This document shows positions 8,325-18,217 of a stretch of 64,000 nucleotides of DNA, piece after piece; position 1 is the stretch's first letter; the number at the start of each line of letters is the position of its first letter. The DNA lies in the IMG/VR virus record IMGVR_UViG_3300042892_003817; one strand, written 5' to 3'. The translations under genes were made by a program, and so were the position numbers. This DNA is from a virus (lineage: Duplodnaviria; Heunggongvirae; Uroviricota; Caudoviricetes). The notes under the pieces are model-generated. The model had not been told where the DNA came from. It saw only the letters and a program-made list of their open reading frames with translations, and searched no databases.

Positions 8325-8485
8325 TGAGGGAAGTTATCATAGTCTCTGAGTATAACAAGGCCCTGAGATTCTACCACCTGTACGGCTATTCCTTCTATAA
8401 TCCTTCCTACACCTTTTCTAGAGTTGAAAGCTATTTTAACTCCCTTATACTTTTTCTTATACAATTCAACTTCCTGTATCTTCAT
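8291..8485 (-). CDS. hypothetical protein (64 aa)
   Basis: ORF. Confidence 0.35.
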   Translation of the reverse strand: MKIQEVELYKKKYKGVKIAFNSRKGVGRIIEGIAVQVVESQGLVILRDYDNFPHCISIMTLEEI

Positions 8486-8622
8486 CCTCTATAATTGTTA
8501 GTAAGTAATTAACTCCTTGTTCTGATTTCTTAACCTCTCCTGAGGCTATTAATTCCTCTACCTCTCTGGCTCTTCCATGAGACATAAGAGCAATGGTCTG
8601 TTCCATGTATATTACTTTCATA

Positions 8623-8877
8623 CTATTGTATCATTTCAAATACATGCCACACAAAATATCCTTCCATGTATGTACAAATGTATTTCATATTGTCTTCCAC
8701 TTCCCATCCTGTACCAACAGTGGATATAAATCTATCCTCTAATACATTCTCTGGATCTACTAAAGCCCATAGCATTGGTCTCCCATCTTGAATCTGTACT
8801 GTAAGTATCTCTGCCCCTTTTGGAAGCTTCATACTAGCATCTTGTGATCTTAATTCGTACTTGTAAATTGTTTTCAT
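8623..8877 (-). CDS. hypothetical protein (84 aa)
   Basis: ORF. Confidence 0.4.
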   Translation of the reverse strand: MKTIYKYELRSQDASMKLPKGAEILTVQIQDGRPMLWALVDPENVLEDRFISTVGTGWEVEDNMKYICTYMEGYFVWHVFEMIQ

Positions 8878-8927
8878 ATAGTTTTTATTTAGATTTTACC
8901 TCCAACAACCTGGAGGGTTGGGAGAAA

Positions 8928-8974
8928 TTGCGCGTGACACCTTCGGTGAGTAGTCTTGCGCCCCCTCCCCTTCG
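8928..8974. repeat. GC-rich 47-bp element, copy A: TTGCGCGTGACACCTTCGGTGAG...CGCCCCCTCCCCT
   Basis: Near-identical second copy at 30887-30927. Contains a CACC-UUCG-GUG hairpin and a G/C-rich run in an otherwise AT-rich genome. Confidence 0.5.
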
Positions 8975-8977
8975 TTC

Positions 8978-9076
8978 TTAAATCGAATCAATCTGCTCTT
9001 GCGTTAAACTATCTCTCCATTCGTTGATGTAAGTCTCTTCCTCATCAAGCAGTACTTGTAATTCTTCTTCTGTCAT
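8978..9076 (-). CDS. small ORF (32 aa, MTEEELQVLLDEEETYINEWRDSLTQEQIDSI)
   Basis: ATG at 9074-9076; lies directly upstream of GC-rich element A. Below the track cutoff. Confidence 0.25.
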   Translation of the reverse strand: MTEEELQVLLDEEETYINEWRDSLTQEQIDSI

Positions 9077-9092
9077 AGCTCTTATCCTCTAG

Positions 9093-9341
9093 TTATACAA
9101 ATACTTCATCAGTACCATCTACCAGTATACTAATACCCTGGCATACTACAACGTACTTATCCATTCCATTGTATCGGATCATTTCACATTTAACCTTAGT
9201 CTGCTTACCGCTTACTGATAGTCCATTCATCTTAAACTTATCACCTGCTTTTAAATCTTGTACTTTCATAACCTTTATTTTTAATTGATTTCTATACCTA
9301 AATATACGAAAAAAGAGCTGCGCTAGCAACTCTTTTATCAA
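9093..9341 (-). CDS. hypothetical protein (82 aa)
   Basis: ORF. Confidence 0.45.
   Translation of the reverse strand: MIKELLAQLFFRIFRYRNQLKIKVMKVQDLKAGDKFKMNGLSVSGKQTKVKCEMIRYNGMDKYVVVCQGISILVDGTDEVFV
9276..9331 (-). promoter_or_regulatory. early promoter module (variant with agagctgcgctagcaact)
   Basis: tctatacctaaatatacgaaaaaagagctgcgctagcaact. Confidence 0.5.
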
Positions 9342-9360
9342 TTATTTTTAATATATTTTA

Positions 9361-10197
9361 CTATTTTATAGTCATCATGAAGTTTCCTCCACCGCTTGTA
9401 ATATACTGAGGTACTTTAGATCCACCTTTTCTCCATGCTTCAATCCATTGTTGTTGCAATAGCATTGGAGTTAATGTTCTCTGCTTTAAAGTATTTGCTT
9501 CTGATTCAGCTCTTGCTCTTGTAAGTGTTGATTGAGCATCTCCTTCTGCTTCTGCTACTTTAATCTTTGCTTCAGCCTCTGCTTGTTTAACTCTATTCTC
9601 AGCCATTAAAGCCTTCTGTACTGCATTATTCTTAGCATTAATAGCATTCTTGAATGATGTAGGATATTCTAGATTAGTTGTAAATTGATCCAATACAAAT
9701 CCTTCTGGCTCTAATTGTTTTCTTAATGTAGCTTTTACTTTATTATCAAATGCTTCTCTACTTGAGATTAATTGATCAGCTGTATAGCCATTGGTAACGA
9801 TTCTAAATGCTTCTGTTACTGCTGTCTTAAGGAATCCATTCTCAATACCATCTAAGTCTTTTCTATATTTTGCAAAGATCTGTGTGGCTTTATCTGGATT
9901 AATTCTATAGTTGACAATTGGACTAACATGAAACTCTGATCCATCTTTACTATTCACTACAAATGATCCTTCGTCAGTATACTCTTTATGACGAATATTG
10001 ATTGGAAATTCAAAGATGTTTGTTGTGATTGGATTATAAAAGACTGTACCTGTACACTCTGTTACTCCACTTACCCCTCTTCCTGTACCAAACTTGTTTA
10101 CTTTGATACCAATGTTACCTGAGTCAATGTTCTCACATGACATGGTTACTGCAAAAACTACTAGGATTAATCCTACTGCTACTAAAATTCTGTTCAT
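9361..10197 (-). CDS. SPFH/band-7 (prohibitin/HflK-like) domain protein with signal peptide and lipoprotein-like cysteine (278 aa)
   Basis: N-terminal MNRILVAVGLILVVFAVTMSC, plus AEAEAKIKVAEAEGDAQS repeats typical of the SPFH coiled-coil region. Confidence 0.5.
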   Translation of the reverse strand: MNRILVAVGLILVVFAVTMSCENIDSGNIGIKVNKFGTGRGVSGVTECTGTVFYNPITTNIFEFPINIRHKEYTDEGSFVVNSKDGSEFHVSPIVNYRINPDKATQIFAKYRKDLDGIENGFLKTAVTEAFRIVTNGYTADQLISSREAFDNKVKATLRKQLEPEGFVLDQFTTNLEYPTSFKNAINAKNNAVQKALMAENRVKQAEAEAKIKVAEAEGDAQSTLTRARAESEANTLKQRTLTPMLLQQQWIEAWRKGGSKVPQYITSGGGNFMMTIK

Positions 10198-10228
10198 AAC
10201 TTCTTTGTTTAAATTTGATTTATAATTA

Positions 10229-10279
10229 ATTGTTTATTATTATACCTAAATATATGAAATATATTCTTAGGAGGCAACT
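10229..10279 (-). promoter_or_regulatory. early promoter module
   Basis: tatacctaaatatatgaaatatattcttaggaggcaact. Confidence 0.5.
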
Positions 10280-10667
10280 ATTCTAGCCCTAATTTTTTTC
10301 TTTTATCTGTTCTATAACTAGAATTTTCAATGTTATCTTTAAATAACTTCTTAACTCTACTATAAGATTTACTCCATATTGGAATTACTCCTACATCAGT
10401 GATATAATATGGAAATATAATAGAGTACTGTGTTTGATAAATGGAAGGATTACTATGATGTCTAATTGTATACCCTTTTACATTAAGAACATATTTGTCA
10501 TTCCATCTTAAAGTTATTCCATTTATAAGATTTTCATTTTCAATTCTATCTAAATAATCTGAGATGTCTTTGTCTGAGATTGGAGATCCTAAATCAAATG
10601 CTGTAACAGTTTCTATAATTCCTAAAACTAATAAGCCTACAATTAATATTACTAATAATACTACCAT
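10278..10667 (-). CDS. hypothetical membrane-anchored protein (129 aa)
   Basis: N-terminal TM segment. Confidence 0.45.
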   Translation of the reverse strand: MVVLLVILIVGLLVLGIIETVTAFDLGSPISDKDISDYLDRIENENLINGITLRWNDKYVLNVKGYTIRHHSNPSIYQTQYSIIFPYYITDVGVIPIWSKSYSRVKKLFKDNIENSSYRTDKRKKLGLE

Positions 10668-10669
10668 AA

Positions 10670-10903
10670 CTATTCTTCTTTTTCCTGTTTAACCTCTTCT
10701 TTTACTTCTTCCTCAGGCTTGATTATTTTCATTATATACAATCCTAAGAATCCAAATGCTACAAATACTATTCCAAGTATCAATACTCCTAAGTTGAATA
10801 GATAACTATCTGGCCTATTCAGCAGATACATTCCTAGATCTACTAACTGAACTAATCCTAATCCTAGGAAAAATCCTACTAAAACTTTAATAACTGTCTT
10901 CAT
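10670..10903 (-). CDS. hypothetical membrane protein (77 aa, 2 TM, KEE-rich tail)
   Basis: ORF. Confidence 0.45.
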   Translation of the reverse strand: MKTVIKVLVGFFLGLGLVQLVDLGMYLLNRPDSYLFNLGVLILGIVFVAFGFLGLYIMKIIKPEEEVKEEVKQEKEE

Positions 10904-11106
10904 TACTTTGAACTTGAGTTATTATTTCTAAATAAAATTCCACATAGGATATTAATTCCTAATGCTTGCCAAAAGCCAATTGGATTAAATCCATCTGCTG
11001 CTCCTACTAAAGCGTTATTCCAAAGCCATTGTGTTGGCCATGCTAATAAAATCGCTACTACAACTAGCATTCCAAATGCTGCTAATACTATTCCTAATTT
11101 TTCCAT
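10903..11106 (-). CDS. hypothetical membrane protein (67 aa)
   Basis: ORF. Confidence 0.4.
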   Translation of the reverse strand: MEKLGIVLAAFGMLVVVAILLAWPTQWLWNNALVGAADGFNPIGFWQALGINILCGILFRNNNSSSK

Positions 11107-11108
11107 AA

Positions 11109-11351
11109 CTATAATTCGTTTTCTGGTGTTCCGGTTAATGAATCTACTTCTACGTATCTTGAATTGACTTGCTCTTTAAGAACCTCTCTAAGGTATTTTA
11201 CATTATCAACTCCTCCTACTCCTCTAATCGCTCTCTGAGGATCTTTATAGAGCTTATCATGAGTCTTTCCGTTCTTTTTAATTACTTGAATGTAATTTCC
11301 TTTTAAGTCTGCCATCAATTCCTTTGGTGTTTTTACTTTGCCTTCTGCCAT
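11109..11351 (-). CDS. hypothetical protein (80 aa)
   Basis: ORF. Confidence 0.45.
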   Translation of the reverse strand: MAEGKVKTPKELMADLKGNYIQVIKKNGKTHDKLYKDPQRAIRGVGGVDNVKYLREVLKEQVNSRYVEVDSLTGTPENEL

Positions 11352-11352
11352 T

Positions 11353-11592
11353 TTAGTTTATATAAATTAAATTTCCTTGTTCGTTTTCTATTTTAGTTAC
11401 TTCCATTTTCTTATCCATATAGTCTAGAATAAAACCTCCATGCATTTGGAAGTACATATTAAAGGCCTGATGAAAAGCTTCAAAGGGAGGAGTCATTCTA
11501 TCCTTATCCTTATGCTCTAGGTAGTATTGATAGAACCAGCCAAGGTCATATTGGCCAGTTCTTCTCATCTGTAGATATTTCTCTCTATCCAT
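11353..11592 (-). CDS. hypothetical protein (79 aa)
   Basis: ORF. Confidence 0.45.
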   Translation of the reverse strand: MDREKYLQMRRTGQYDLGWFYQYYLEHKDKDRMTPPFEAFHQAFNMYFQMHGGFILDYMDKKMEVTKIENEQGNLIYIN

Positions 11593-12416
11593 TAGTTGAT
11601 CAATGCTGTAGCTAATTTGAATAGCTTTTGATTAACCTCTAGATCTTTCTCGAATGATTTAATCTTTCTAACCTTTCTTACTTTAGCACCATTCAATGCT
11701 GCTGAATATCCTCCTTGAGTAATCTTCTCTTGGATTACATTAAATACTTTCCAAAGGTCATTTCCTTTATCAGCATCTCTTGTAGGAGTTAAAACGTCCT
11801 GGATAGTCTCTTCATCCCATTCAGCATCGATTCTATTTGTTCTCAATTGCATTGCATCGATAGCCAATTGTCTTTGCTCTACCGGAGACAATTCTCTCAA
11901 CTGCATTTGATTTAAAATCATTACCTTATTAGGAAGATCAGCTACTGCTTGTGCTACTACTCCTCTTAATTCTTCGAAGGTATATCCTGTGTGACGTATT
12001 CTGAATGCTGAGAATTCCTCATCAGCTACTACCAATCCATTTGAACATACCAATCTGTAGATTCCAATTCTAAACTGAAAAGAATTAAATCCATCATGAG
12101 AGTTCGTTAAAATGATTCTTGGAAAAGCATCATCACCATTCTTACCTTTAATCATAAGGTCTGGATTCTGAAATGATACCATGTGCTTTGAGAAGATTGT
12201 AGTCTTATCAGACTTTCTAGCCTTTCTTTGAGAGGCTGTTACTGGAAGCCATCCTAACTTTTCTAAGTCATCGATGATAGTCTCAGTATTAACATGTAAG
12301 TATTTACTACTTACTTTATCGCTTGTTGGCTCTGTAGCAAATGCTACTGGTGCTAAAGCTTTTACTTGATCTTTTGTAAGGTAAGAATCTAAACCTGTAG
12401 TGAATTTTGATAACAT
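11592..12416 (-). CDS. DUF932 (phage/plasmid-like protein, TIGR03299-type) family protein (274 aa)
   Basis: ILTNSHDGFNSF and RLVCSNG motifs characteristic of DUF932. Confidence 0.55.
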   Translation of the reverse strand: MLSKFTTGLDSYLTKDQVKALAPVAFATEPTSDKVSSKYLHVNTETIIDDLEKLGWLPVTASQRKARKSDKTTIFSKHMVSFQNPDLMIKGKNGDDAFPRIILTNSHDGFNSFQFRIGIYRLVCSNGLVVADEEFSAFRIRHTGYTFEELRGVVAQAVADLPNKVMILNQMQLRELSPVEQRQLAIDAMQLRTNRIDAEWDEETIQDVLTPTRDADKGNDLWKVFNVIQEKITQGGYSAALNGAKVRKVRKIKSFEKDLEVNQKLFKLATALIN

Positions 12417-12424
12417 AACTTTTT

Positions 12425-12479
12425 GTTTTTAATTGATTTCTATACCTAAATATACGAACTAACTTCGTAACTAGCAACT
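12425..12479 (-). promoter_or_regulatory. early promoter module
   Basis: tctatacctaaatatacgaactaacttcgtaactagcaact. Confidence 0.55.
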
Positions 12480-12500
12480 AATTCACAAACTTTTTTTAAT

Positions 12501-12755
12501 TTATTTTACAAGGCCTAAATTCTTAGCTCTGTAATATCCTACTTCTTTTCCTGTTGCAGGATTTAAGAACATTTGTTTTGTTTTCGGAAGATTATTCTTA
12601 ATTTTTTCCTTTTTATTGAACTCATCTAAGTATTCTTTAGGATATTCGAACTCAGCTTTTATCATTCCATTTACAATACTTGCACCGTTATATGTATAAG
12701 TTGACTTAATTCCAGTCTTCTCACATACAAATACTTTCACATAAGGCTTTATCAT
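12501..12755 (-). CDS. hypothetical protein (84 aa)
   Basis: ORF. Confidence 0.45.
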   Translation of the reverse strand: MIKPYVKVFVCEKTGIKSTYTYNGASIVNGMIKAEFEYPKEYLDEFNKKEKIKNNLPKTKQMFLNPATGKEVGYYRAKNLGLVK

Positions 12756-13045
12756 GCTTTCAGTTCTTTGATTAGTAAATAAGTATCAATTGCTTCATCT
12801 CCCATCTCCCACTCGCTGTAATGCTTCAAGCAATTCTCTAGAGCTGTAATCCATTCTCTTTTTGAAAGTGATATTTCAAAAGAAGTCTCCATTCCATCCA
12901 TAAATATTTCAAATAAGATAGCTGTCCTCTTCTTACTCTTCATAGCTTCTTCAATACCTTCTCTGATATTGTTTGTCATATCGACTGATCTTTCTCTGAA
13001 GATAGATTCTAATTCTTCTAGAGATTCTATTTCTAATTTTCTCAT
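12752..13045 (-). CDS. hypothetical protein (97 aa)
   Basis: ORF with 4-bp overlap. Confidence 0.45.
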   Translation of the reverse strand: MRKLEIESLEELESIFRERSVDMTNNIREGIEEAMKSKKRTAILFEIFMDGMETSFEISLSKREWITALENCLKHYSEWEMGDEAIDTYLLIKELKA

Positions 13046-13371
13046 ATACGATTACTATTTGCTTCTGATTTTTGATTGACTGGCATTTTTGGATTAGTTA
13101 CAATAGTCTCTGTATCCATTCTAATTACCTCTAGATTAGTCTGAAGGATATAAACTGGGCCGTTATAGTCATACGTTCTAAATTCTATATCATTAAAGCT
13201 ATCTCCAATACCTGGCTGCTTTAAAGGCTCAGTTATTCTTCTCTTACCATCGAATGATCTGAATTCATTACAAGTAGTTCTATACCAATTTCCTTTGATA
13301 CATACTTCTAATACACCTGAGGTATTAAAATCGTGAATCTTTTTGACTGTAGCGCCTGTCTTTTCTGCCAT
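13042..13371 (-). CDS. hypothetical protein (109 aa)
   Basis: ORF with promoter module 13378-13427. Confidence 0.45.
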   Translation of the reverse strand: MAEKTGATVKKIHDFNTSGVLEVCIKGNWYRTTCNEFRSFDGKRRITEPLKQPGIGDSFNDIEFRTYDYNGPVYILQTNLEVIRMDTETIVTNPKMPVNQKSEANSNRI

Positions 13372-13537
13372 AACCTTTTTTTAATTTCTATACCTAAATA
13401 TACGAACAAAGATTCGTACTAGCAACTATTTTCCAAACAATTTCCAAAAAGAATTACTGATTGTTTTCTCTCTCAGCTTTTCATTCTGCTCTGATTGCTT
13501 TACAAGCTTGTTGGCTACAATTCTTTCTCTGGTAGGT

Positions 13538-14191
13538 TTAGTCTTCTTTTTCATTCCTCTTAAAGTTTTCTGAGATGTATTGTGAACCATCTGTTGGTAC
13601 TTCATTCCAAAGTCCTAATGATTCTAGATGCTCTTTCATTGCATCATCTACCTCCCAATCAAAATCTCTTACTTGTCTGTCTACAGAATCTTCTGCTGCT
13701 GCTACTTGCTTGTCGGTAATAGGTGATACCGAGTACAGGAAAGAACAATTGTAACACATAAGCTCTATATTAGTAAGCTCATAGTTGACTTTATTCTTAT
13801 CCTTGAATTGAAGTATCAAAGGTATTTTATGATCTGTTACTCTCTCTTCATGAAAGCCACATCGATTGCATTCCTCTTTCAAGTACCCTTCAAAGATTAG
13901 TCTCTGTTTGATCTTAGCCGGCTCAAAAGAAGCTACTGATATCTTTCCTTCTATTAATTCCTTAAGGGGTGCTTGTTTGCCTTTGTTAGGAAGATATTTA
14001 GGAATACCTATTCCGGCTGGATTCTTATGAACCTCCCATAGAGTTATTCCTTCTTCGTTTACATAAGTTCTGGCATACTTCTTATAATGGACAAAGCTGC
14101 AACGAAGAAATCGAGCTGCTCCTCTATTACTCTTAGTATTGTCCATTGCTCTGAGGCAATCATCTTTAGATATAAATTTAGCTGCTGGCAT
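13538..14191 (-). CDS. HNH endonuclease (217 aa)
   Basis: CNRCG...DHKIPL...N...LMCYNC matches the HNH beta-beta-alpha metal-finger arrangement (CxxC, DH-x-IP, N, CxxC). Confidence 0.6.
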   Translation of the reverse strand: MPAAKFISKDDCLRAMDNTKSNRGAARFLRCSFVHYKKYARTYVNEEGITLWEVHKNPAGIGIPKYLPNKGKQAPLKELIEGKISVASFEPAKIKQRLIFEGYLKEECNRCGFHEERVTDHKIPLILQFKDKNKVNYELTNIELMCYNCSFLYSVSPITDKQVAAAEDSVDRQVRDFDWEVDDAMKEHLESLGLWNEVPTDGSQYISENFKRNEKED

Positions 14192-14593
14192 TTAGTCTTC
14201 ATCTTCGTCTTCTAGATCATCTATATCTTCTAGATCTTCTAAGTCTTCTTCTACCTCTTCGATTTCTAAATCATCATCTAAGGCCTTTTCAATAACAGCA
14301 TCTAATGCTTTAGCATCATCTGTTACTTCATCTTCGTCATAGTTTAAGATCTCTAATGGAACATTTCTTACTCCTCTTGAAGTATTTTCCATCTCTTGAA
14401 GTCTTCTAGCAGTGTCTTGATCTAAGATATCAAGCTCTGTTACTGTATAGTCTCCTTCTCCTACTACTCTAATACGTCCTACCTTAGGCTTTACATCTGA
14501 GCAGTTAACACAGAAGTCGTATCCGTAACTGTCTAATCGGAGCTTTGGCATATCATTGCCACATCTTGTACAAGGAATCATTTCTAAATTCAT
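14192..14593 (-). CDS. C4 zinc-finger protein (possibly TraR/DksA-like) with an extremely acidic C-terminal tail (133 aa)
   Basis: CTRCG-x18-CVNC, and C-terminus LEDLEDIDDLEDEDED. Confidence 0.4.
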   Translation of the reverse strand: MNLEMIPCTRCGNDMPKLRLDSYGYDFCVNCSDVKPKVGRIRVVGEGDYTVTELDILDQDTARRLQEMENTSRGVRNVPLEILNYDEDEVTDDAKALDAVIEKALDDDLEIEEVEEDLEDLEDIDDLEDEDED

Positions 14594-14607
14594 AACCGTT
14601 TTTGTTT

Positions 14608-14652
14608 ATTAATTATACCTAAATATAAGAATAAAGATTCGTTCTAGCAACT
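14608..14652 (-). promoter_or_regulatory. early promoter module
   Basis: tatacctaaatataagaataaagattcgttctagcaact. Confidence 0.5.
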
Positions 14653-15061
14653 ATTTCTTTACTTCTTTTAAGCTAGTTATTACATTCCAAACCTGCTCAG
14701 GTGTTTCAAAGTCAACTGTAATCATTTTCTTTCCATCTGAGAGATCTATCTTTCCATCCCAATTATCTATTGTAGGGACTTGGTAAAGGTAGTACTGTAT
14801 TAATGCAAATTGTTCTTTGCTGAAGTGTATCTTGAATAGATTTTCTATTATTTGTAGGAACTTCTCTTCGTAGATAGACATATCTACTCCGATCTCTTCT
14901 TCCATGAAGTCTCTCCTATCCTCTATCTCTCTTAAAAGGATAATATTTTCTATGAAGAGTTTCTTTTCGATTACCTCTCTAGCCATACCCTTTTCCTTTA
15001 TACTAATACTAGCCTTTAAGAAGCTGTTTAGTGTTTTCCTTAAGTCCTTCTTGTGTACCAT
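14651..15061 (-). CDS. hypothetical protein (136 aa)
   Basis: ORF. Confidence 0.45.
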   Translation of the reverse strand: MVHKKDLRKTLNSFLKASISIKEKGMAREVIEKKLFIENIILLREIEDRRDFMEEEIGVDMSIYEEKFLQIIENLFKIHFSKEQFALIQYYLYQVPTIDNWDGKIDLSDGKKMITVDFETPEQVWNVITSLKEVKK

Positions 15062-15231
15062 ACGTGTAGTTCTTTACTTCAAAAATTGTTAGAAAATCGT
15101 TTACTGGTAACTGTTTTGATAATGAGAAGAATTTTATTGCTTCTTCTCTACTTGCTGCATGTAATACTCCTACTGGTTCTTGTGTAGGGTTATTTTTTGA
15201 ATAAAAACAAAACTGTGGCATATCTCTCTAA

Positions 15232-15585
15232 TTAGTTGTTACTTGGTTCTTGTGCTGCTTGATTTAAAGCATTGATAATAATCTTATCTAGGTATTCGAT
15301 GTATATAAAGAAGCCTACAATCGTCTTATCCTTTAATTCTCTGTCTCTCTCAACTGTTAAGCCTAGAGCCGATAGTCCTTGATTCAATTTAGCTCCTAAC
15401 TCCATAGCGATGTCGTCTTGTTGTTGCTTAGACATACCTGCAAATGTAGTTGGAAGGAATTGTACTTTGATTCCTTTCTTATTTGGATCTTCGTTTACAT
15501 CTATCTTAAGGACAAATTTGTTTCCTTTGAAGTTTACCTTTGTAACTTCAGATAGCATCTCTTTTATTTCGTTGATTAAGCTCAT
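15232..15585 (-). CDS. hypothetical protein (117 aa)
   Basis: ORF. Confidence 0.45.
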   Translation of the reverse strand: MSLINEIKEMLSEVTKVNFKGNKFVLKIDVNEDPNKKGIKVQFLPTTFAGMSKQQQDDIAMELGAKLNQGLSALGLTVERDRELKDKTIVGFFIYIEYLDKIIINALNQAAQEPSNN

Positions 15586-15604
15586 ATGTTTTTGTTATAA
15601 ATAG

Positions 15605-16795
15605 TTAATTTTTACATACTATTAGATCGTTCTGATATTCTATAAGAGAGTTAATAGTTATTTTAAATACATCTAATTCAAACTCTCCTACTTCTCCACT
15701 CTCTTTTATAATCTCTGCCAGTTGTTGTATAACGCTGAAGGACTGTTGTGTGATCTGCTTTCCATCAAACTCTACTACGATATCATTTTCTCCTTGAGGA
15801 TCGTTCCACTTCGTATTAAGTACTCGTTTCTTTAAATCGTATGATGTATTTTTATGTTCAGTTTCATAGTAGGCTGCAAACAATATTCCCAGTTCATCGT
15901 TAATATAGATTCTATCGCACCAAGGTTCAAATGCTTCTAACATCTCAGAGTTACAATTGTTAACTACAAATGCTACATTATACTTTGGAGGTACGATTGG
16001 CTTCATTAATGAATCATGCTTTATAAACGATCCCCACTTACGAATAAACTCTCTACCATTCTTAGTAGTTGTGTATAACCACTCCTCACTATTCTTTCCA
16101 GCTCCTCCTCCGGCATGTTTATTAAATCTACTTCCTCTAGAAGTAAAATGATATACTAATCCATCCCATGATTGAATTACTTTGTAACCATTTAATACAA
16201 ATCTGTTAAATAGATCTGAGTCTTCTTTTGATTGAGGTGCAAATACTTCGTCATGTCCTCCTACTGCCTGGAAGTCTTCTTTATACATACACCAGGGAGC
16301 AAATATACCCTCAGTTGTTTTATCTTTATTTTGATTTTCAAAATGACCTATAGCATTTATTACTCCGTTGAAGTCTATCTCTTCTACTTCTATTCCCCAA
16401 TCTTGAGTAATCTTCTCCGGTCCTGGTGGATGAAGAGAAGGTTCTATTCTAGTTGCACTTACAACTGTTCCTCTTTTTAAATGCTTTAATATATTCTTAT
16501 CTAGATTAGGACCTGCAATCATATCGGCATGGAAGGCAAATATGATCTCTGTTCTTGCCATCTCAATTCCTTTGTCAAACATTCCTACAATTCCTATCCT
16601 TTCTGGACCTGGATTGACATGTGTGATAAGATCTTCATCGTTAAGAGATGTAATCCATTCTGCTGTTCCATCTGTAGAAGCATCATCAAGTACTAAGACT
16701 TCATGCTTGGTTCTAAGATTTCGAATTGATTTATAAGCTAATTGTAAAAACTCTAGATTGTTTCTGGAAGGTATTACGAATGTTATTTTTTGCAT
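15605..16795 (-). CDS. family 2 glycosyltransferase (GT-A fold) with a C-terminal extension (396 aa)
   Basis: N-terminal VIPSRNN...VLVLDDASTDGT motif (GT2 DXD-type); start overlaps the next gene. Confidence 0.7.
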   Translation of the reverse strand: MQKITFVIPSRNNLEFLQLAYKSIRNLRTKHEVLVLDDASTDGTAEWITSLNDEDLITHVNPGPERIGIVGMFDKGIEMARTEIIFAFHADMIAGPNLDKNILKHLKRGTVVSATRIEPSLHPPGPEKITQDWGIEVEEIDFNGVINAIGHFENQNKDKTTEGIFAPWCMYKEDFQAVGGHDEVFAPQSKEDSDLFNRFVLNGYKVIQSWDGLVYHFTSRGSRFNKHAGGGAGKNSEEWLYTTTKNGREFIRKWGSFIKHDSLMKPIVPPKYNVAFVVNNCNSEMLEAFEPWCDRIYINDELGILFAAYYETEHKNTSYDLKKRVLNTKWNDPQGENDIVVEFDGKQITQQSFSVIQQLAEIIKESGEVGEFELDVFKITINSLIEYQNDLIVCKN

Positions 16796-17634
16796 GATAA
16801 GTATTCTTTTATGTAATCTATGATATCTTTCTCAGGATTCCAACCTAGGATGTCTCTTGCTGCTGTATCTGTACATAGAGTTATCTCTGCTTCACCTGGC
16901 TTGTTCTCTTTATATTCTACCTCTATTCCAAAAGCATCTGCTATTTCATTAACTGAATAGTTATGTCCTTTTCCTAATTCAAATATAATCCCCCAAGCTT
17001 GTTTAGTATTCACTAATACTAATCCTTCTATAATATCATCAACGTGTGTGAAGTCTCTACGCTTTGTTCCATCTCCGTAAATGATTAGTGACTTACCTTC
17101 TTCAACTCTCTTCTCCCATGCTCCTATTAGAGTAGTATATCCTCCTTCTTTTAAATGATATGGTCCGTATACATTATAAAATCGTACTATGGTAGCTTTT
17201 AAATTGTAATGTTGTTCAAATAACTGGATTACTTCTTCTCCTACATCCTTACTAAATGTATATGGATTTTTAAACTTACCTGAATGATGTGAACTACTTC
17301 CTGCATATACAAGTGGTATGTTCTTATCGGAACAATACTTAGCTATCTTCATAGTAGCATAAGCATTAGTTATAAAGTACTCTTCCGGATTGATAAAGGA
17401 TGGCTGTATTCTAGCAATTGCTGCTAAATGATATACAATATCAAATTTACCCCATGCAGAATAATCAGATATGTTTCTTATGTCTTGTTCAACATATAAG
17501 CATCCTTCTTGATGATTGCTTTTCAATCCTGTGTTGTAGTTATCAACCGATACAACTTCATGTCCTTCCTCTAGAAGTCTTTTGATTAGATTTGTTCCTA
17601 CAAATCCTGCTCCTCCTGTTACTAGTACTTTCAT
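16783..17634 (-). CDS. NAD(P)-dependent NDP-sugar epimerase/dehydratase/reductase (extended SDR family, 283 aa)
   Basis: MKVLVTGGAGFVGTNL Rossmann GxxGxxG motif and a PYTFSK (YxxxK) catalytic motif. Confidence 0.7.
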   Translation of the reverse strand: MKVLVTGGAGFVGTNLIKRLLEEGHEVVSVDNYNTGLKSNHQEGCLYVEQDIRNISDYSAWGKFDIVYHLAAIARIQPSFINPEEYFITNAYATMKIAKYCSDKNIPLVYAGSSSHHSGKFKNPYTFSKDVGEEVIQLFEQHYNLKATIVRFYNVYGPYHLKEGGYTTLIGAWEKRVEEGKSLIIYGDGTKRRDFTHVDDIIEGLVLVNTKQAWGIIFELGKGHNYSVNEIADAFGIEVEYKENKPGEAEITLCTDTAARDILGWNPEKDIIDYIKEYLSCKK

Positions 17635-17644
17635 TCTATTTTGT

Positions 17645-18217
17645 TTATAGTATTTTAGCTGGTGTTCCTATATAAGTATAAGGACCTTCTGTTGATTTTA
17701 CAACTCCGGCATTAAGTCCGATTGTAGCAAAGCTATGTACTGATAGTTTTTCTCTAATTGTTGAGTTAGTTCCCATATACACGCAGCTGTAAATTGTTAC
17801 ATTACCTGATACAATAGCTCCTGGCATTGCACTGAAGTAATCTCCGATGATGCAGTCATGCCCTATTTGATTACCTCTATTCAGTAATGCATGTTTACCT
17901 ATTTTAATATTAGTAGTAAGTATTGAATAAGCACCAATAAAACTACCCTCTCCTATCTCCACATTATTCATTATAAGAGCTGTAGGATGTATGAAGGTAA
18001 AGTATTTAGTCTCTTTTGGAAGCTTCTGAACTATGTCGTACCTGTCCTTAGAGTCTCCTACTGCTACCATTACTTCATACTCTGTAGGATCAAAAGAAGA
18101 GATAGGTAATGTACCCTCTACTACATATTGATTATCTACAAAGCATATAAGATCTTCTCCCATTTGAGCTAAGACCTCTCTAGCATGTCCCCCAAATCCT
18201 ATTAAAGCTTTTTTCAT
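17645..18217 (-). CDS. sugar N-acetyltransferase, left-handed beta-helix (hexapeptide) PglD/NeuD-like (190 aa)
   Basis: N-terminal Rossmann-like MKKALIGFGGHAREV plus C-terminal hexapeptide repeats (IGxxxxIG). Confidence 0.65.
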   Translation of the reverse strand: MKKALIGFGGHAREVLAQMGEDLICFVDNQYVVEGTLPISSFDPTEYEVMVAVGDSKDRYDIVQKLPKETKYFTFIHPTALIMNNVEIGEGSFIGAYSILTTNIKIGKHALLNRGNQIGHDCIIGDYFSAMPGAIVSGNVTIYSCVYMGTNSTIREKLSVHSFATIGLNAGVVKSTEGPYTYIGTPAKIL